Positions 11,811 to 25,598 of a stretch of DNA of 64,000 nucleotides are shown here, in pieces. A program made the translations under genes and the position numbers. The notes beneath the pieces are model-generated. The model saw only the letters and a program-made list of their open reading frames with translations. It searched no databases and was not told the origin of the DNA. Position 1 is the stretch's first letter. Each line of letters opens with the position of its first letter. The DNA is from Eutreptiella sp. 'Long Island Sound 2002' (taxonomy: Eukaryota; Protista; Euglenida), in the NCBI GenBank assembly GCA_964036045.1, contig OZ038378.1, positions 140,244,001 to 140,308,000 of the forward strand, written 5' to 3'.

Positions 11811-13999
11811 GCCATGATGTTGCACAAAGCATTTTGCCTACCATGATAAGTCCTATGCACCCCGTTTCGGTCAACATTTGTGTGGTCTTGCGCACGAGTG
11901 AGGGATGCCGTGGTGAGGCGTCCACCCCATTTTTGCCCCATACAATGGCGCTAGCGGTAGTTGAATAGAACAAATAGATTGGATCCCTCGTGAGTCATTG
12001 GGGCTCTTTCCTTGACCTGGGTACATAGTGAGTTAAGGGATGCCCTTGATCAAGGACTTTCACACACGCGGTGGCGCATGGCTTCTTGATGCCTCACTGC
12101 AGTCGGTACCAAATTATCGGCTACCAAAGTAATACAGTGCAGACAATTATTTTACCTTGGATAAAGGGCTCTCGTAGACAAGGGTTGTGTTTTGTGGTAT
12201 CACCCTTAAGCACTTGATTGCAGAGCAGTATGTGTACGGTTAGAGCGGGAGGGTCAGGTCAGTTTGCCGCATGTTTGCTGTCCCCCACACACAATACGTG
12301 CATGGGTGGACATCTGTGGAATTGAGGGCACTGGAAGAGGTCATCGCAGGTGTGGATATCCTTTCTGTCCGACTCTGAGTCCATAATGTCCACTCACTCT
12401 TTGTCAGCAACCTTGCTTGTGAGAAACATAAGCTCCTCTTGCGCTCCCATTGCATCCGTTGTCAACTTATTGAACGCATTTGATTATTTGTGTCCAAGTT
12501 GGATGATTGCCTGGGGGCTTGGCTTCTCCGGCAACACTTTTTGCTCAGCTCCGCACAGCCGGATGCATCACTTTCCACGGCGGGCCATAAAGGTACGAGG
12601 ACAGAAAATCTTGGAAGCTTTAGCTGCTTTTCTTCGGCGTCTCCGAGAGGGTAATGTCCCCGTTGCTGGTGGCCGACATGATCACCTAGTCCACCTTTTC
12701 TTCCTCTTCACAGTTTTGCAAACGGGCTAAGCGGAGAAATCTGTCAAATTGTAAAGCCCATTTATCCAGCTGCTTCGGGGTTGACGTACGTGGGGTAATG
12801 CTTGGTGCTTTTCCTCAAGAGCTCTCGTTACTCCCGTCTTCGCCATAGGCATCCCCCAGTGCCTCTTGCCATCACCGCTCCAGCCACCAGGACCTGGCAC
12901 GTTTGTATTTTGGTCCCCCTTGCTCCCCTCCTTTGTACTTCTCCGGATGTAAACCCAGTTGGTGTAATTCCAGCACCTCATAAGACAGGCTCCTTACTTT
13001 CTTCGGGTCCACTTTCTTCTAGCCACTTTCTTTCCCTTTTAGTAATCTCTTGAAAACCTCGGATGCTTCTAGTTTGGCGGTGTACATACTCGGACCGAAG
13101 TTTCCATTTTTTCGAAGGGAGTACAGCGGTTCCACAGGGCACGGCGTAGGTATTGCAGGTACAGACTTTAGGCTCCAGTGAGTGAAAGGTCGCTTTCTTG
13201 CGTACCCTATCAGTCATCATCGCAGCCATTTAAGCCCTCAGGGGTTCAATCTCTTCCAGTAGCTTGGAATTCTCAGCTTCAGCCAGCTCCAAAGCCATAG
13301 CCAGTCTTGATGGTAGAGGTTCGGGATAGGACATGTTAGATTCAAACATACTTGGAGATGATTTTTCTACTCTGGCAGGAACTTCGATGTCGATAAATGT
13401 CCCTTGATGAGCCACAGCGGTGGCTCCAACATAAGCCAGTGGCTGTCCGGCATTTATCGCGGCTTGCTCACTCTATGAAGGATCCATCTTTCTTCGGTCC
13501 AAACCGTTTCAAATCACACTAGATTCCTTTTCATCCTAGTAGATGCCCCCACTTTTGCCTTCTAATCTTACACTCACATAGGTTAGCGTGAATAGCAGTC
13601 AGCGTGTTGCAGTGTGGTTCACAAAACAAACCACATGAACAAAGAATGAAGCAAATGCAAGGCAAAATGTGGCTGCAAAGTGTGCAAAGTGTCCCTCCAC
13701 TACCAATGTGTTCTCCACTACACTTCACCATACAAAGACGCCACAACCCGCAATAACACCCGTCTCAATGTGATGCCAGTGGCTGTACTCGTGAAAGCTT
13801 GAGACGCCCCTCTTTTGGAGGTGGAGAATCCAGGTTTCAGGCTGATTTGAAACAGTGGGGGGTTAGGGGGAAGCCCAAAACTAGGGCGCTTTTTGCAAAA
13901 ATCTGCCCGTTGCTGTCTGTTTGGCCCTCATTAAGGGCAACCCATGCTTGCTACCACCCTTGCTCCAACGTGTTGTAAGTTCATCAAGAAATGAAGCGT

Positions 14000-16530
14000 G
14001 GTCACTTTATGCAGTTTGATGTGGTGAATTCCAAAATGTAGAAATTACGGCCTAATGAAACGACATTTTCGAGAAATCGTCCAAATATTGGCCCTTGGGT
14101 GTTTGCTCTACGGCTACAATTCAGAGTCAAACCGGTGCCACACACAGCCTGACGGTAGTAGATTGACAATTTCTCTTATATATCATGTCCTAGAGCCGTA
14201 CCACCTTCATTTTTGGACTCAGCACATCAAACTGCACAAAGTGACCACTCTTCACTTCTGGATGAAGTGGGAACATGTTGGAGCAATGCCCATGGGAAGT
14301 TTTGGAGCATGACGCAAGCACGCAGCTTGGCGGTAGAAAAACCCCGCAGACCTTGAAACGCCAAAAAGTTGGGCCCCGGATCTCAAAAATATGGCCTCTT
14401 GCCCCCCCCCCCCCCACCTTTCCGAAACGGCCTTTTCTTGGACATTTCAAAAAGGTGTAACCCCCCCCCCCCCCCCCACGGAACGGAGAAATCGGCCAAA
14501 AACTGGACAGCCTCCCATTTTGCCTCGGAATCCCCCCCCCCCCCAGTCAAACGCCCATATGTATCCTCTAATCTACACCCCTCTCCCCAACTGTAGGTGG
14601 CTGCACATTACGGCTCTGAGGTAACTGAGAAGAGTACAAATTGGTGCCTGTACATGTGGCGAAATGGGCTAAACTAGGTTAAAATGGGCTCCAAATGGGT
14701 GGTATTGTCCCATTTGAGCACCACAAATGGCCAACATGATTTTTGGAAAAACGCATTTTTGACCCATTTTTGACACATTTTTGTTCACAAAATGGCCCAG
14801 TTCCAAGGTTTTTTGGGACTTTAGAGGGGCCAAAATGGCTCAAAATGGGCTCAAAATGGGCTCGTTTTGCTTGTTTGTGCACCCCAAACAGTCCACGATC
14901 ACTTTTGGAGAAACGCGTTCTCGACCCACTTTTGACCCATTTTCCGCCCCAAAACACCCCATTTTCAAGGCACTTGGGGATTTTCCCCGGTCCAAAGCGC
15001 GTCACCACGGGCTCAAAACGGGCTAGAAACACTGGTTTGAGAATGCCAAGTGGTCCGGGAACAACTCCGGAAAAAATCCTTTTTTCGCCCCGGGGACCCT
15101 GGTGGACCCACCGTTGGCCCCCACCGTCTGCAGCTCGGGCTGCCCTCTAGCTCCACCAAGTGACCACTGGTACGCTGGAAGCGTCTCGTTGGGTTATTCT
15201 AAGGCTTGGAAACCACAAAAAGTGGGGGTTTGCGGGTGGACTAGGGGCCTTCAGATTTCGGATTTAAGCTACATAGTCGAAGATGTGGCCAGTTCTTGGT
15301 TTTTTGGTTGGTTGACACAAGCTGCGCACAATCTTGGCCATTTTTAGCCATTTTTTGACCGTTTCTGAGACATATTGTGGAGTTAGAGGGAAGCAAACCG
15401 CTCTTTGTCACAAGGAAGTCAAGGCGCACGTGAAGTGTAGCAACCGTTTCCCTTCGTTTGGCCATTTTTACCGAAATGTAGGGCTGTTTTGCACAAGAAA
15501 ATGGCCGTTTTTGGCCAACAGTGGCACAGATTGGGGAGGGCACTTGCCAACTTGGCGGCTATGCCCCGGGGCGCGACCGGTGAGTTGGGCGCTCAAATTT
15601 TGGATTTGGGAAGGCCATGCCTTAATGTGGGACATGGCTAGTGTGGAGTAGAGCTCAGAGCAATGCGACACACCAATAGCCAAAACAGAAAGGAGAAGTG
15701 TTGCTGCTTGTTATTGTTGTTGTTGCTTGTTGTTGTTAGCTAGATTTAAGGGGAGAGGGGTGTAGTAATATATCCATGTACCCAACTCTACGTGGCTCCC
15801 CGTGCGGCTCTAGAAGAAAGGCTATAAGAGAACCAAGCTCTTTCAAGCTCTTGTGACATTCGCATGGAACCCTGACATCTGAAATTGTTGAAATGGCTGA
15901 AAACCCACTTGGTGGATCATGCTTAGTGGCCCAATATGACTGTTGGCAAATGTGGTTTTGAGCAATTTTAGCCCTTGTTTTGGTCCCAAAATGGCCTGTT
16001 TGGAAAGTTTTTTGGGGGACAATTCGGGGGCTCAAAAGGCATCACCACACGCCACAAGCTCAATATATGCTCGCAAAAGTGCAGTTTTCAACCAACCCAT
16101 GTGGACCATATTTAGTGGAAACGGCGATTTCACGCCTCTCAAATGGGTTGTAGCTAGAGGCTGCACAACACGTCCTTTTGCATTCTAGCATTGGTATATT
16201 GTCATTCCATCCCCTACGGGGTACCACAGGGCCACGAAAGCCGCCATAAATTGTAATATCACTAATGACTGTCTATGTGCCCATCCCACTCTGCCTCACC
16301 AAACCTGATGGAGGTGACACCCAAACACACTTTTTTGTCTCAAAAATAAAAAAACTAACAGCTTTGTGATTTTCAACCCAAGAAGGGGCAGGAGATCAAT
16401 TTTTTGACCCCCCACCCCAGCCCCCAAAGCATGCTTTAAGGGGTGTCATCTAGGGGGTTCCTGACCAAAAACTCATTGAGGAATATTTTTATCGGACAAA
16501 ATGAGGATTTTACACCGGTTAAACCGCTTG
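14000..16530. mobile_element. Non-coding interspersed repeat with phased A/T tracts; its right end resembles the reverse complement of module A of the 18.7-25.5 kb repeat
   Basis: Recurrent AAAATGG/CCATTTT motifs. 16430-16530 (GACCAAAAACTCATTGAGG...GGACAAAATGAGGATTTTACA) matches 23135-23195. Confidence 0.45.
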
Positions 16531-16553
16531 ACCACTACACCTGCTGTTGATAG

Positions 16554-16741
16554 GTAGTCTCGCCGAAAAGCAGCACAACCTCAAGTCAACTTACGGCACT
16601 GAAGATGAAAAGTGGGAGGCGGAACTGATGCGAAAGAAGGCGATTGAGGCCGGCAAAGATGAGCTTTCCAAGAAGAAGGACACCCTGCGGCAGGAATTGA
16701 CGGATAAGTACATGGCCATACTCCAACGCATGCGCCCGGAG
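16554..16741 (+). CDS. Candidate internal exon encoding a K/E-rich coiled coil (SLAEKQHNLKSTYGTEDEKWEAELMRKKAIEAGKDELSKKKDTLRQELTDKYMAILQRMRPE)
   Basis: AG at 16552-16553, GAG|GTG at 16742, open helical-looking frame amid repeats. Confidence 0.35.
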
Positions 16742-18689
16742 GTGTACCGTGTGAAATGCGGACTGCATGCCCTCAAGTGTCTGGTGACAGACCCTGGTTG
16801 CCATGTTCATCTGCAAGGTTTGTATGCGCTGCACAATCATGTGGACATGGTGTTCTTCATCATGTGGGCAAGGCTAAGGCATCGGCATACCGGGAGCAGG
16901 GACCAACAAAATGCTGTGTTCATGCCATCATGGTTCCGCTCTTGCATACTGTAGCAACGTACTAAATGGTTTACCCACCACCCACCACGCAGGCCTTGCC
17001 TGAAGAAGAGGGAGGCTAAAGTGGTTCACACGCTAGGTGGCAAAAACAGTAACTGGTAATTGGGAAAAGTGGTTTGGGAACATATCAGGCGGTTGTAACA
17101 CGGTTGAAGAGTGGGTGGGGACTGAGGGAAGCGCCTGGGGCAGAACGACCCCTCAGTCAAGCAGAGGCTGACGCAGAAGCATGGGATGGCAATGAGGGGC
17201 ATAAGGTTTCGTTGCCCTGACCTGTGCCATACTGATGTTAGAGCTTATGGCCCAGGGGTACTGATGTCACAGTTTATGAACTCTCGCGCCGATAAAGAGT
17301 TGAGGGCAGACCTGGTGTGCCACTGTTGCTGCATGTCAAGTGGTTTATACGGCGTCTCTTGACAAGGGCCTCTTTGTATCATTGTACTGGCAACTCCGAA
17401 CGTGTGTCATGTGAAAATTTAGGTACTTGTAACCTCTACAGTAACACACCTGCAGGACACCCCTCCAGGACACATGGAAACGGCAAGGCATATGGAAACA
17501 TAGCCTCGGCCCCCGGACCATTGTTGTAACAGGGCACCAAAGCGCAGCCCTGGGGGAGTTTCCGAGGTTCTGCAAGTCCCCCGCCCTCCACACACACAAG
17601 GGACTAGGTGGCCCATGCACCACAGTGCCAAGCCACAAGGTTCGTAGGGGAGTGGATGCCATGTCCGCACTCTACTGCACTTGTGAGCAGAAGGACACAT
17701 CCTTAGCCCCCCTGCCGATTCTCCCCCCCCACAAATGACCTCAACCAACAAGTAGGTCAGACCAAGACGTGACATTGGCCAGCCGTCGTACTCCATGCAT
17801 GGGGGGTAAAAAGTCACCTCACAGATTGTGAGATCCACACCAGGCGGGCCCGCTTTCATGGCCAGGCCCACATGCCTCCCCGCCCCTTTTTGGGCCCATT
17901 GATTGTGGTAGCCCAAGGGGTGAATTGTGGGTTTGTCCCCAGAAAAACCCAACAAAAGTATCCCGCAATCAGTCTTTGCCCCCCCGCCCCCCCTCCAGGC
18001 CTGCCCAATTGAAACCCACTTTACGTTGCCCTAAAGAGTACATATGCGGTTTGTATTCAGCGCAATGGTTCAAGTTTTGGAGAGGAGTATGTCCACACTG
18101 TTCAACCCCAAACGGTAGCAAAATGTATTTTGGTAGGTGAAAGTGTGGCAATGGTCTCTCTGCCCTCAAGTGCTGCTTCCACCCCCCAAGAGGTCCAGTC
18201 CACTACTTGCCACCACCACCCTACCAACCTACATCTCATGCGGGAATTGTAACACGTTCTTGGCACACCGAAAGGGTTGAAAAAGTGCAGTTGCATGCTG
18301 CACCCAAGGCCAACAGCTTGATGTAATATGTGTTAATTATATGCTTATTTTGCTCGTTTCCGCTTCCAAACATCGGTCTGCAGGCTGTTCTTTGGACGAA
18401 AAGCGACATTTTTGCTGTGATATGATCTGTTTTTTTGCATGGTGTGCTTTGTCGTACAAAGTACTGTTTTATTCTTTAGTCTTGACTTTGAGGTTCACTC
18501 CTTTGTGTTTTGCTTGCTTCTCAACACACTTCTCACAATAGGTGTACAAACGTGTTGAATGAAACGTATGTGTTTCTTTGGCCCTCAGCTTTTTGTATTC
18601 ATACGGTGTAAGACAATACGGTTCAACAACGGTGCATGAAAACAATCAGATTTTTGGTATGTTCTCGAATGTTTTCAAAACGGCCCCCA

Positions 18690-21600
18690 GGCAACTAATT
18701 GCCGAGATCCCCCCCCAAACGGATTCTTTTTTGAGGGGTTGGAATCACCTCGAAGAGAGGTTGTTAGATCAAGCGCAGGCGCGAGCGTCGTATACCCCCC
18801 TTTTTTGGGGTCGTTCGCGTAGCATACCCCAATGTATGGTTTCTAACGTTTAACCCCCTGTAAAATCATCATTTTAGGACCAAAAATGATCCCCCAATGA
18901 TTTTTTGGATTTTGACCCCCGCCCCCCCCCCCCCCCCCGCACCGGGGTACCCTTTTTTGAGGGGGGGGTGGGTGGGGGGGTGGGGGGGGGCAAAACTTCT
19001 TTGCGTATTGTGGCCGCTGTGTGTGTATTTGGACTGGGTCCTGAAGAACTTTCTTCTTGTATATGGACCCCCTAACCCACGGCGGGGGTCCCAGGTCCCA
19101 ACTCCAGGTACCCCCAGTCGCCCCCCCCCCCATATGGCCCCTTGCCGGTGAGGACTTAGCCGTTTTCACGCCGGATAGGCTGTTTAGTGACACCTGCAAG
19201 ATTTCCAAAATTCGACTTTTTCGGAAACCCTTCTGTCGCCCCTGGGATGGGTTTGGGTGATGATTTAGTGACAATACGAGTACTTGAGCACCCATGGGGG
19301 ACCTAAATAGTGGCCGCCAAGCCCATATAGCCCGAGCCATGGGCCCCCAAAAGCCCCGAAATTGCCGTTGTGTAAGGTGTTTAGTGACACCTGCAAGATT
19401 TCCGAAATTCGCCTTTTTCCGAAACCTTCTGTCGCCCCTGGGATGGGTTGGGTGATGATTTAGTGATATTACGGGGACCCACGTAGTGGCCGCCAAGCCC
19501 ATATAGCCCGCGCCATGGGCCCCCCAAAAGCTTCAAAATTGCTGTTTGTTGGTGGTTCAATGGCCTTTGGTGTGTGCACAAACTCCTTTAGCAGTTTTCC
19601 ACCCTCTACAGGTCAAAAATGGAAATCACCTCGCAGAGGTTGTTAGATCAAAGCCAGGCAGGCGTATATAGGGGAAAATGCCACATACCCCCCCATTTTG
19701 GCCTTTTTGGGCCTATTCGCGTACCCTACCCCAAGGGGTTGAATTGTTAGTTTAACCCCTGTAAAATCATTATTTTGTCCAAGAAGCGCATCCCCCAATG
19801 AGTTTTTGGTCCGGACCCCCCTAGACCCCCCCACTTGAAACCCACTTTTTTGAGGTTTTCAAGGAGGGGGGGGGGTGGGGGTGGGGGGGGGTGGGGGGGG
19901 AATCAAAAAATGACCCCCCCTTTTTTTGGGTCGCAAATCATGAATCTTTTGGTTTTTTTCGATTTTGAGCCGAAAAAGTGTTTCCGGGTCCCGACTCCAT
20001 TGGGTTTGTATGGGGCGGAGTGGGACGAGCGCTTATGCAGTTTATGCACTTTTTAGCCATTTTTGCTATGTTGGGGGTTTTGGCAAACCCGATGACCCCG
20101 TGGTACCCACTCTGAGGGGTGTGAGTAGGGATGTTGTGACAGTATATGCCTACTAGGATACGGAAGGACGTTTTTTGCAGTCTCTAGCTTTGCTTAGGGC
20201 CGTTCACAACCCGTGCCAAAGACGCGAAATGACTGTTTCCACCAATAATGGCCTCGTGAATGGGCCGGGACACAACCTGCTTATGCAGTTTTCACGTTGG
20301 ACAGCTCAAAAATCGAAGTTTTCGAAACTTGTTTTTTTGATATCGTGACAACCCAAAATGATCATCCAAGTATGTAAAGCATGTTTTAGGCTGCATTTGC
20401 GTGTTTTTCACCCTATTTGGGTATTGGGTTGGGGGGGGGGGTCCTCCCAAGGATTGGTACACACAACCTGCTTATGCAGTTTGTCACCCTGGGCAGCTCA
20501 AAAATCGCAGTTTTCGAAACTTGTTTTTTTGATATTGTGATCACCTAAAATGACCATCCAAGGTATGTAAAGCATGTTTTAGGCCTGTATTTACGTGTTT
20601 TTCACCCTATTTGGGTATTGGGTTGGCGGGGGTGGGGTCTCCCAAGGGATTGGTACACAACCTGCTTATGCAGTTTGTCACCCTGGGCAGCTCAAAAATC
20701 GAAGTTTTCGAAACTTGTTTTTTTGATATTGTGATCACCTAAAATGACCATCCAAGGTATGTAAAGCATGTTTTAGGCCGTATTTACGTGTTTTTCACCC
20801 TATTTGGGTATTGGGTTGGCGGGGGGTGGGGGTCTCCCAAAGGGATTGGTACACAACCTGCTTATGCAGGTTTTCACTTGGATAGCTCAAAAATCGAAGT
20901 TTTTGAAACTTGTTTTTTTGATATTGTGATCACCTAAAATGACCATCCAAGGTATGTAAAGCATGTTTTAGGCCGTATTTACATGTTTTTCACCCAATTT
21001 TGGGTATTTGGGTATTACCTCCGGGGGGGGGGGGTCTCCCAAGGGATTGGTACACAACCTGCTTGTGCAGTTTTCAACCTAGACAGCTCAAAAATCGAAG
21101 TTTTGGAAACTTGTTTTTTTGATGTGGTCATCACCCAAAATGACCATCCAAGGTATGTAAAGCATGTTTTAGGCCGTATTTGGGTGTTTTTCACCCTATT
21201 TGGGTATTGGGTTAGGGGGGGGGGTCTCCCAAGGGATTGGTACACAACCTGCTTATGCAGTTTTTCACCTTGGATAGCTCAAAAATCGAAGTTTTCGAAA
21301 CTTGTTTTTTTGATACCGTGATCACTAAAATGACCATCCAAGGTATGTAAAGCATGTTTTAGCCGTATTTATGTAGTTTCCACCCTATTTTGGGTACGTG
21401 TTGCTCGCTGTAGATTCTCTGCGAGGTGGACTTGCCGAAGGCAATAGAATTTTGCAAAACATTTTTTTTTATATTGTGACCACTTACAATGATGAAATAT
21501 GCTATGTAAAGCATGTTGTAGCCCCTCTTTATGTGTTTTTCACCCTATTTGGGTGTTGGGGGGGGTCTCCCAAGAGGTATCGGGCACAACCTGCTTGTGC

Positions 21601-24600
21601 AGTTTTCCCGCCTTAGCAACTCAAAAATGGAAATCACCTCGCAGAGGTTGTTAGATCAAAGCCAGGCAGGCGTATATAGGGGAAAACGCCACATACCCCC
21701 CCATTTTGGCATTTTTGGGCCTATTCGCGTACCCTACCCCAAGGGGTTGAATAGTTAGTTTAACCCCTTGTAAAATCATTATTTTGTCCAATAAACGCAT
21801 CCCCAATGAGTTTTGGTCCCGGAGCCCCCCAGACCCCCCCACTNNNNNNNNNNNNNNNNNNNNNNNNNNNNNNNNNNNNNNNNNNNNNNNNNNNNNNNNN
21901 NNNNNNNNNNNNNNNNNNNNNNNNNNNNNNNNNNNNNNNNNNNNNNNNNNNNNNNNNNNNNNNNNNNNNNNNNNNNNNNNNNNNNNNNNNNNNNNNNNNN
22001 NNNNNNNNNNNNNNNNNNNNNNNNNNNNNNNNNNNNNNNNNNNCATTTTTGAGCTGTACGGGGTGAAAAACTGCATAAGCAGGTTGTGTACCAATCCCTT
22101 GGGAGACCCCCCCCCCCCCTGGACCTAATACCCAAATAGGGTGAAAAACACGTAAATACGGCCTAAAACATGCTTTCCATAGCTTGGATGGTCATTTTGG
22201 GTGGTCACAATATCAGAAAAATATGTTTCGAAAACTACCATTTTTGAGCTGTCCAAGGTGAAAAACTGCATAAGCAGGTGTGCACCCGTCCCTTGGGAGA
22301 CCCCCCCCCCCCCGACCTAACACCCAAAAAGGGTGAACAACACGTAAATACGGCCTAAAACATGCTTTACATAGCTTGGATGGTCATTTTAGGTGATCAC
22401 AATATCAAAAAAACAAGTTTCGAAAACTTCGATTTTTGAGCTGTCCAAGGTGAAAAACTGCATAAGCAGGTTGTGTACCAATCCCTTGGGAGCCCCCCCC
22501 CCCACCCCTCCCCCCCGGACCTAATACCCAAATAGGGGTGAAAAACATGTAAATACGGCCTAAAACATGCTTTACATACCTTGGATGGTCATTTTAGGTG
22601 GTCACAATATCAAACAAACAAGTTTCGAAAACTTCGATTTTTGAGCTGCCCAGGGTGAAAAACTGCATAAGCAGGTTGTGTACTGGCCCATTCACTAGGC
22701 CATTATTGGTGGAAACAGTCATTTCGCGTCTTTGGCACGGGTTGTGGACGGCCCCAGGCAAGGCTAGAGACTGCAAAAAAGTCCTTCCGTATCCTAGTAG
22801 GCATATACTGTCACAATATCCCCACTTGCACCCCTCAGAGTAGGTACCACGGGGTCACGAGGTCGACGAACATAGCAAAAATGGCTGAAAAGTGCATAAA
22901 CTGCATAAGCGCTCGTCCCACTCCGCCCCATACAAACCCCATAGAGTCGGGACCCGGAAAAACTTTTTCGGCTCAAAATCGAAAAAAACCAAAAGATTCA
23001 TGATTTTCGACCCAAAAAAAGGGGGGGTCATTTTTTGACCCCCCCCCCCCCCCACCCCCCCCCTCCCCCCCCCCCCCCCCTCCCTCAAAACCTGAAAAAA
23101 GTGGGTTTCAAGTGGGGCGGGTCTGGGGGGGTCCGGACCAAAAACTCATTGGGGGATGCGATTATTGGACAAAATAATGATTTTACAAGGGGTTAAACTA
23201 ACAATTCAACCCCTTGGGGTAGGGTACGCGAATAGCCCCAAAATGGCCAAAATGGGGGGGTATGTGGCGTTTTCCCCATATATACGCCTGCCTTGCTTTG
23301 ATCTAACAACCTCTGCGAGGTGACTTTTTTTTTTTGATATTCTGATCACCTAAAATGGCCATCCAAGGTATGTAAAGCATGTTTTAGGCCGTATTTACAT
23401 GTTTTTCACCCAATCACCTCGCAGAGGTTGTTAGATCAAAGCCAGGCAGGCGTATATAGGGGAAAACGCCACATACCCCCCTTTTTGGGGCTATTCGCGT
23501 ACCCTACCCCAAGGGGTTGAATTGTTAGTTTAACCCCTTGTAAAATCATTATTTTGTCCAATAAACGCATCCCCCAATGAGTTTTTTGTTCCGGACCCCC
23601 CAGACCCCCCCCAATTGAAACCCACTTTTTGGGCGGGGGTGGGGGTGGGGGTGGGGGGGTGGGGGGGGGGGGGTCAAAAATGTCGAAAAAATGACCCCCC
23701 CTTTTTTTGGGTCGAAAATCATGAATCTTTTGGTTTTTTTCGATTTTGAGCCGAAAAAGTGTTTCCGGGTCCCGACTCCATAGGGTTTGTATGGGGCGGA
23801 GTGGGACGAGCGCTTATGCAGTTTATGCACTTTTCAGCCATTTTTGCTATGTTGGCGGTTTTGGCGACCACGGTGACCCTGTGGTACCTACTCTGAGGGG
23901 TGCTAGTGGGGATGTTGTGACAATATATGCCTACTAGGACTACTACGACTACTACTACTTTTGTGGTCTCTAGCCTTGCTTAGGGCCATTCACAACCCGT
24001 GCCAAAGACGCGAAATGACTGTTTCCACCAATAATGGCCTAGTGAATGGGCCGGTACACAACCTGCTTATGCAGTTTTTCACGCTGGCCAGCTCAAAAAT
24101 CGAAGGTTTTGATACTTACTTATTTCTCTGATATTGTAACCACCTAAAATGACCATCCAAGGTATGTAAAGCATGTTTTAGGCCGCATTTACGTGTTTTT
24201 CACCCTATTTGGGTATTAGGTCCGGGGGGGGGGGGTCTCCCAAGGGATGGGTACACAACCTGCTTGTGCAGTTTTTCACCCCGGGCAGCTCAAAAATCGA
24301 AGTTTTGGAAACTTGTTTTTTTGATATTGTGATCACCTAAAATGACCATCCAAGGTATGTAAAGCAAGTTTTAGGCCGTATTTACATGTTTCTCACCCTA
24401 TTTGGGTATTTGGTCGGGGGGGGGGGGGGGGGGCTCCCAAGGGATTGGACTTTTCAGCCATTTTTGCTATGTTGGCGGTTTTGGCGACCTCGTTGACCCC
24501 GTGGTACCCACTTTGAGGGGTGTGAGTGGGGATATTGTGACAGTATATGCCTACTAGGATACGGAAGGACGTTTTTTGCAGTCTCTAGCTTTGCCTAGGG

Positions 24601-25470
24601 CCGTTCACAACGCGTGCCAAAGACGCGAAATGGCTGTTTCCACCAATAATGACCTAGTGAATGGGCCGGTACACAACCTGCTTATGCAGTTTTTCACCTA
24701 GGGCAGCTCAAAAATCGAAGTTTTCGAACTTTGTTTTTTTGACATTGTGACCACTCAAAATGATCATCCAAGCTAGTTATGCATGTTTTAGGCCGTGTTT
24801 ACATGTTCTTCACCCTATTTGGGTATTGGCCGCATGGGGGGGGGGGGGGGGGGGGCTCCCAAGAGATTGGTACACAACCTGCTTAGGCCGTTTTTCACCC
24901 TAGGCGGCTCAAAAATCGAAGTTTTTGAAACTTGTTTTTTTGATGTTCTCACCACCTAAAATGACCATCCAAGGTATGTAAAGCATATTTTAGGCCGTAT
25001 TTGGGTGTTTTTCATCCTATTTGGGTATTAGGTCGGGGGGGGGGGGGCGGGGAGGGATGGGTACACAACGGTTTCATGCAGTTTTTCACCGTAAGCAGCT
25101 CAAAAATCTAAGTTTTTGTAACCTGTTTTTTGGATATTGTGACCACTTGAAATCACCATTTAAGGTATGTAAAGCATGTTTTAGGCTGTATTTACATGTT
25201 TTTGACCCCATCTTGTTATTGGCCAAACGGGGGGTTCTCCAAGGGATTGGTACACAACCTGCTAATGCAGTTTTTCACCCTGGGCAGCCCAAAAATGTAA
25301 GTTTTCGAAATCTGTTTTTATGATATTGTGACCACTTAAAATGACCATTTAAGGTATGTAAAGCATGTTTAGGCTGTATTTATGTGGTTTTCACCATAGT
25401 TTGGTATTAGGTCGCGGGGGGGGGGGGGGGGGGCTCGCAGGGAATGGTACACAACCTGCTTATTCAAAAA
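18690..25470. repeat. Composite macro-repeat: module A (~210 bp) + module B (~450 bp) + arrays of a ~190-200-bp satellite monomer, in both orientations
   Basis: Module A (AATCACCTCGCAGAGGTTGTTAGATCAAAGCC...) at 19623, 21631 and 23412 (+) and at 23110-23323 (-). Monomer start TGGTACACAACCTGC at 20455, 20651, 20847, 21048 and 21238. Confidence 0.92.
21844..22043. other. Assembly gap (200 N)
   Basis: Run of N characters. Confidence 1.
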
Positions 25471-25598
25471 TCGACCTTGTTAAATGCAATCGTCATCCTG
25501 CGGACAAGGGGCCCCTGGCGCGGGATGGACTCCCACACGCCTTGTGTGGCCCCTTGAGATGGACTCTGAATTGGCAAATCATGACTACACACTTCTTC

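Noticed and set aside
12250-13230. Minus-strand fragments reminiscent of retrotransposon gag (QLDKWALQFDRFLRLA...KVD)
   Set aside because: Heavily interrupted, with no zinc knuckle, protease, pol or LTR to support a call.
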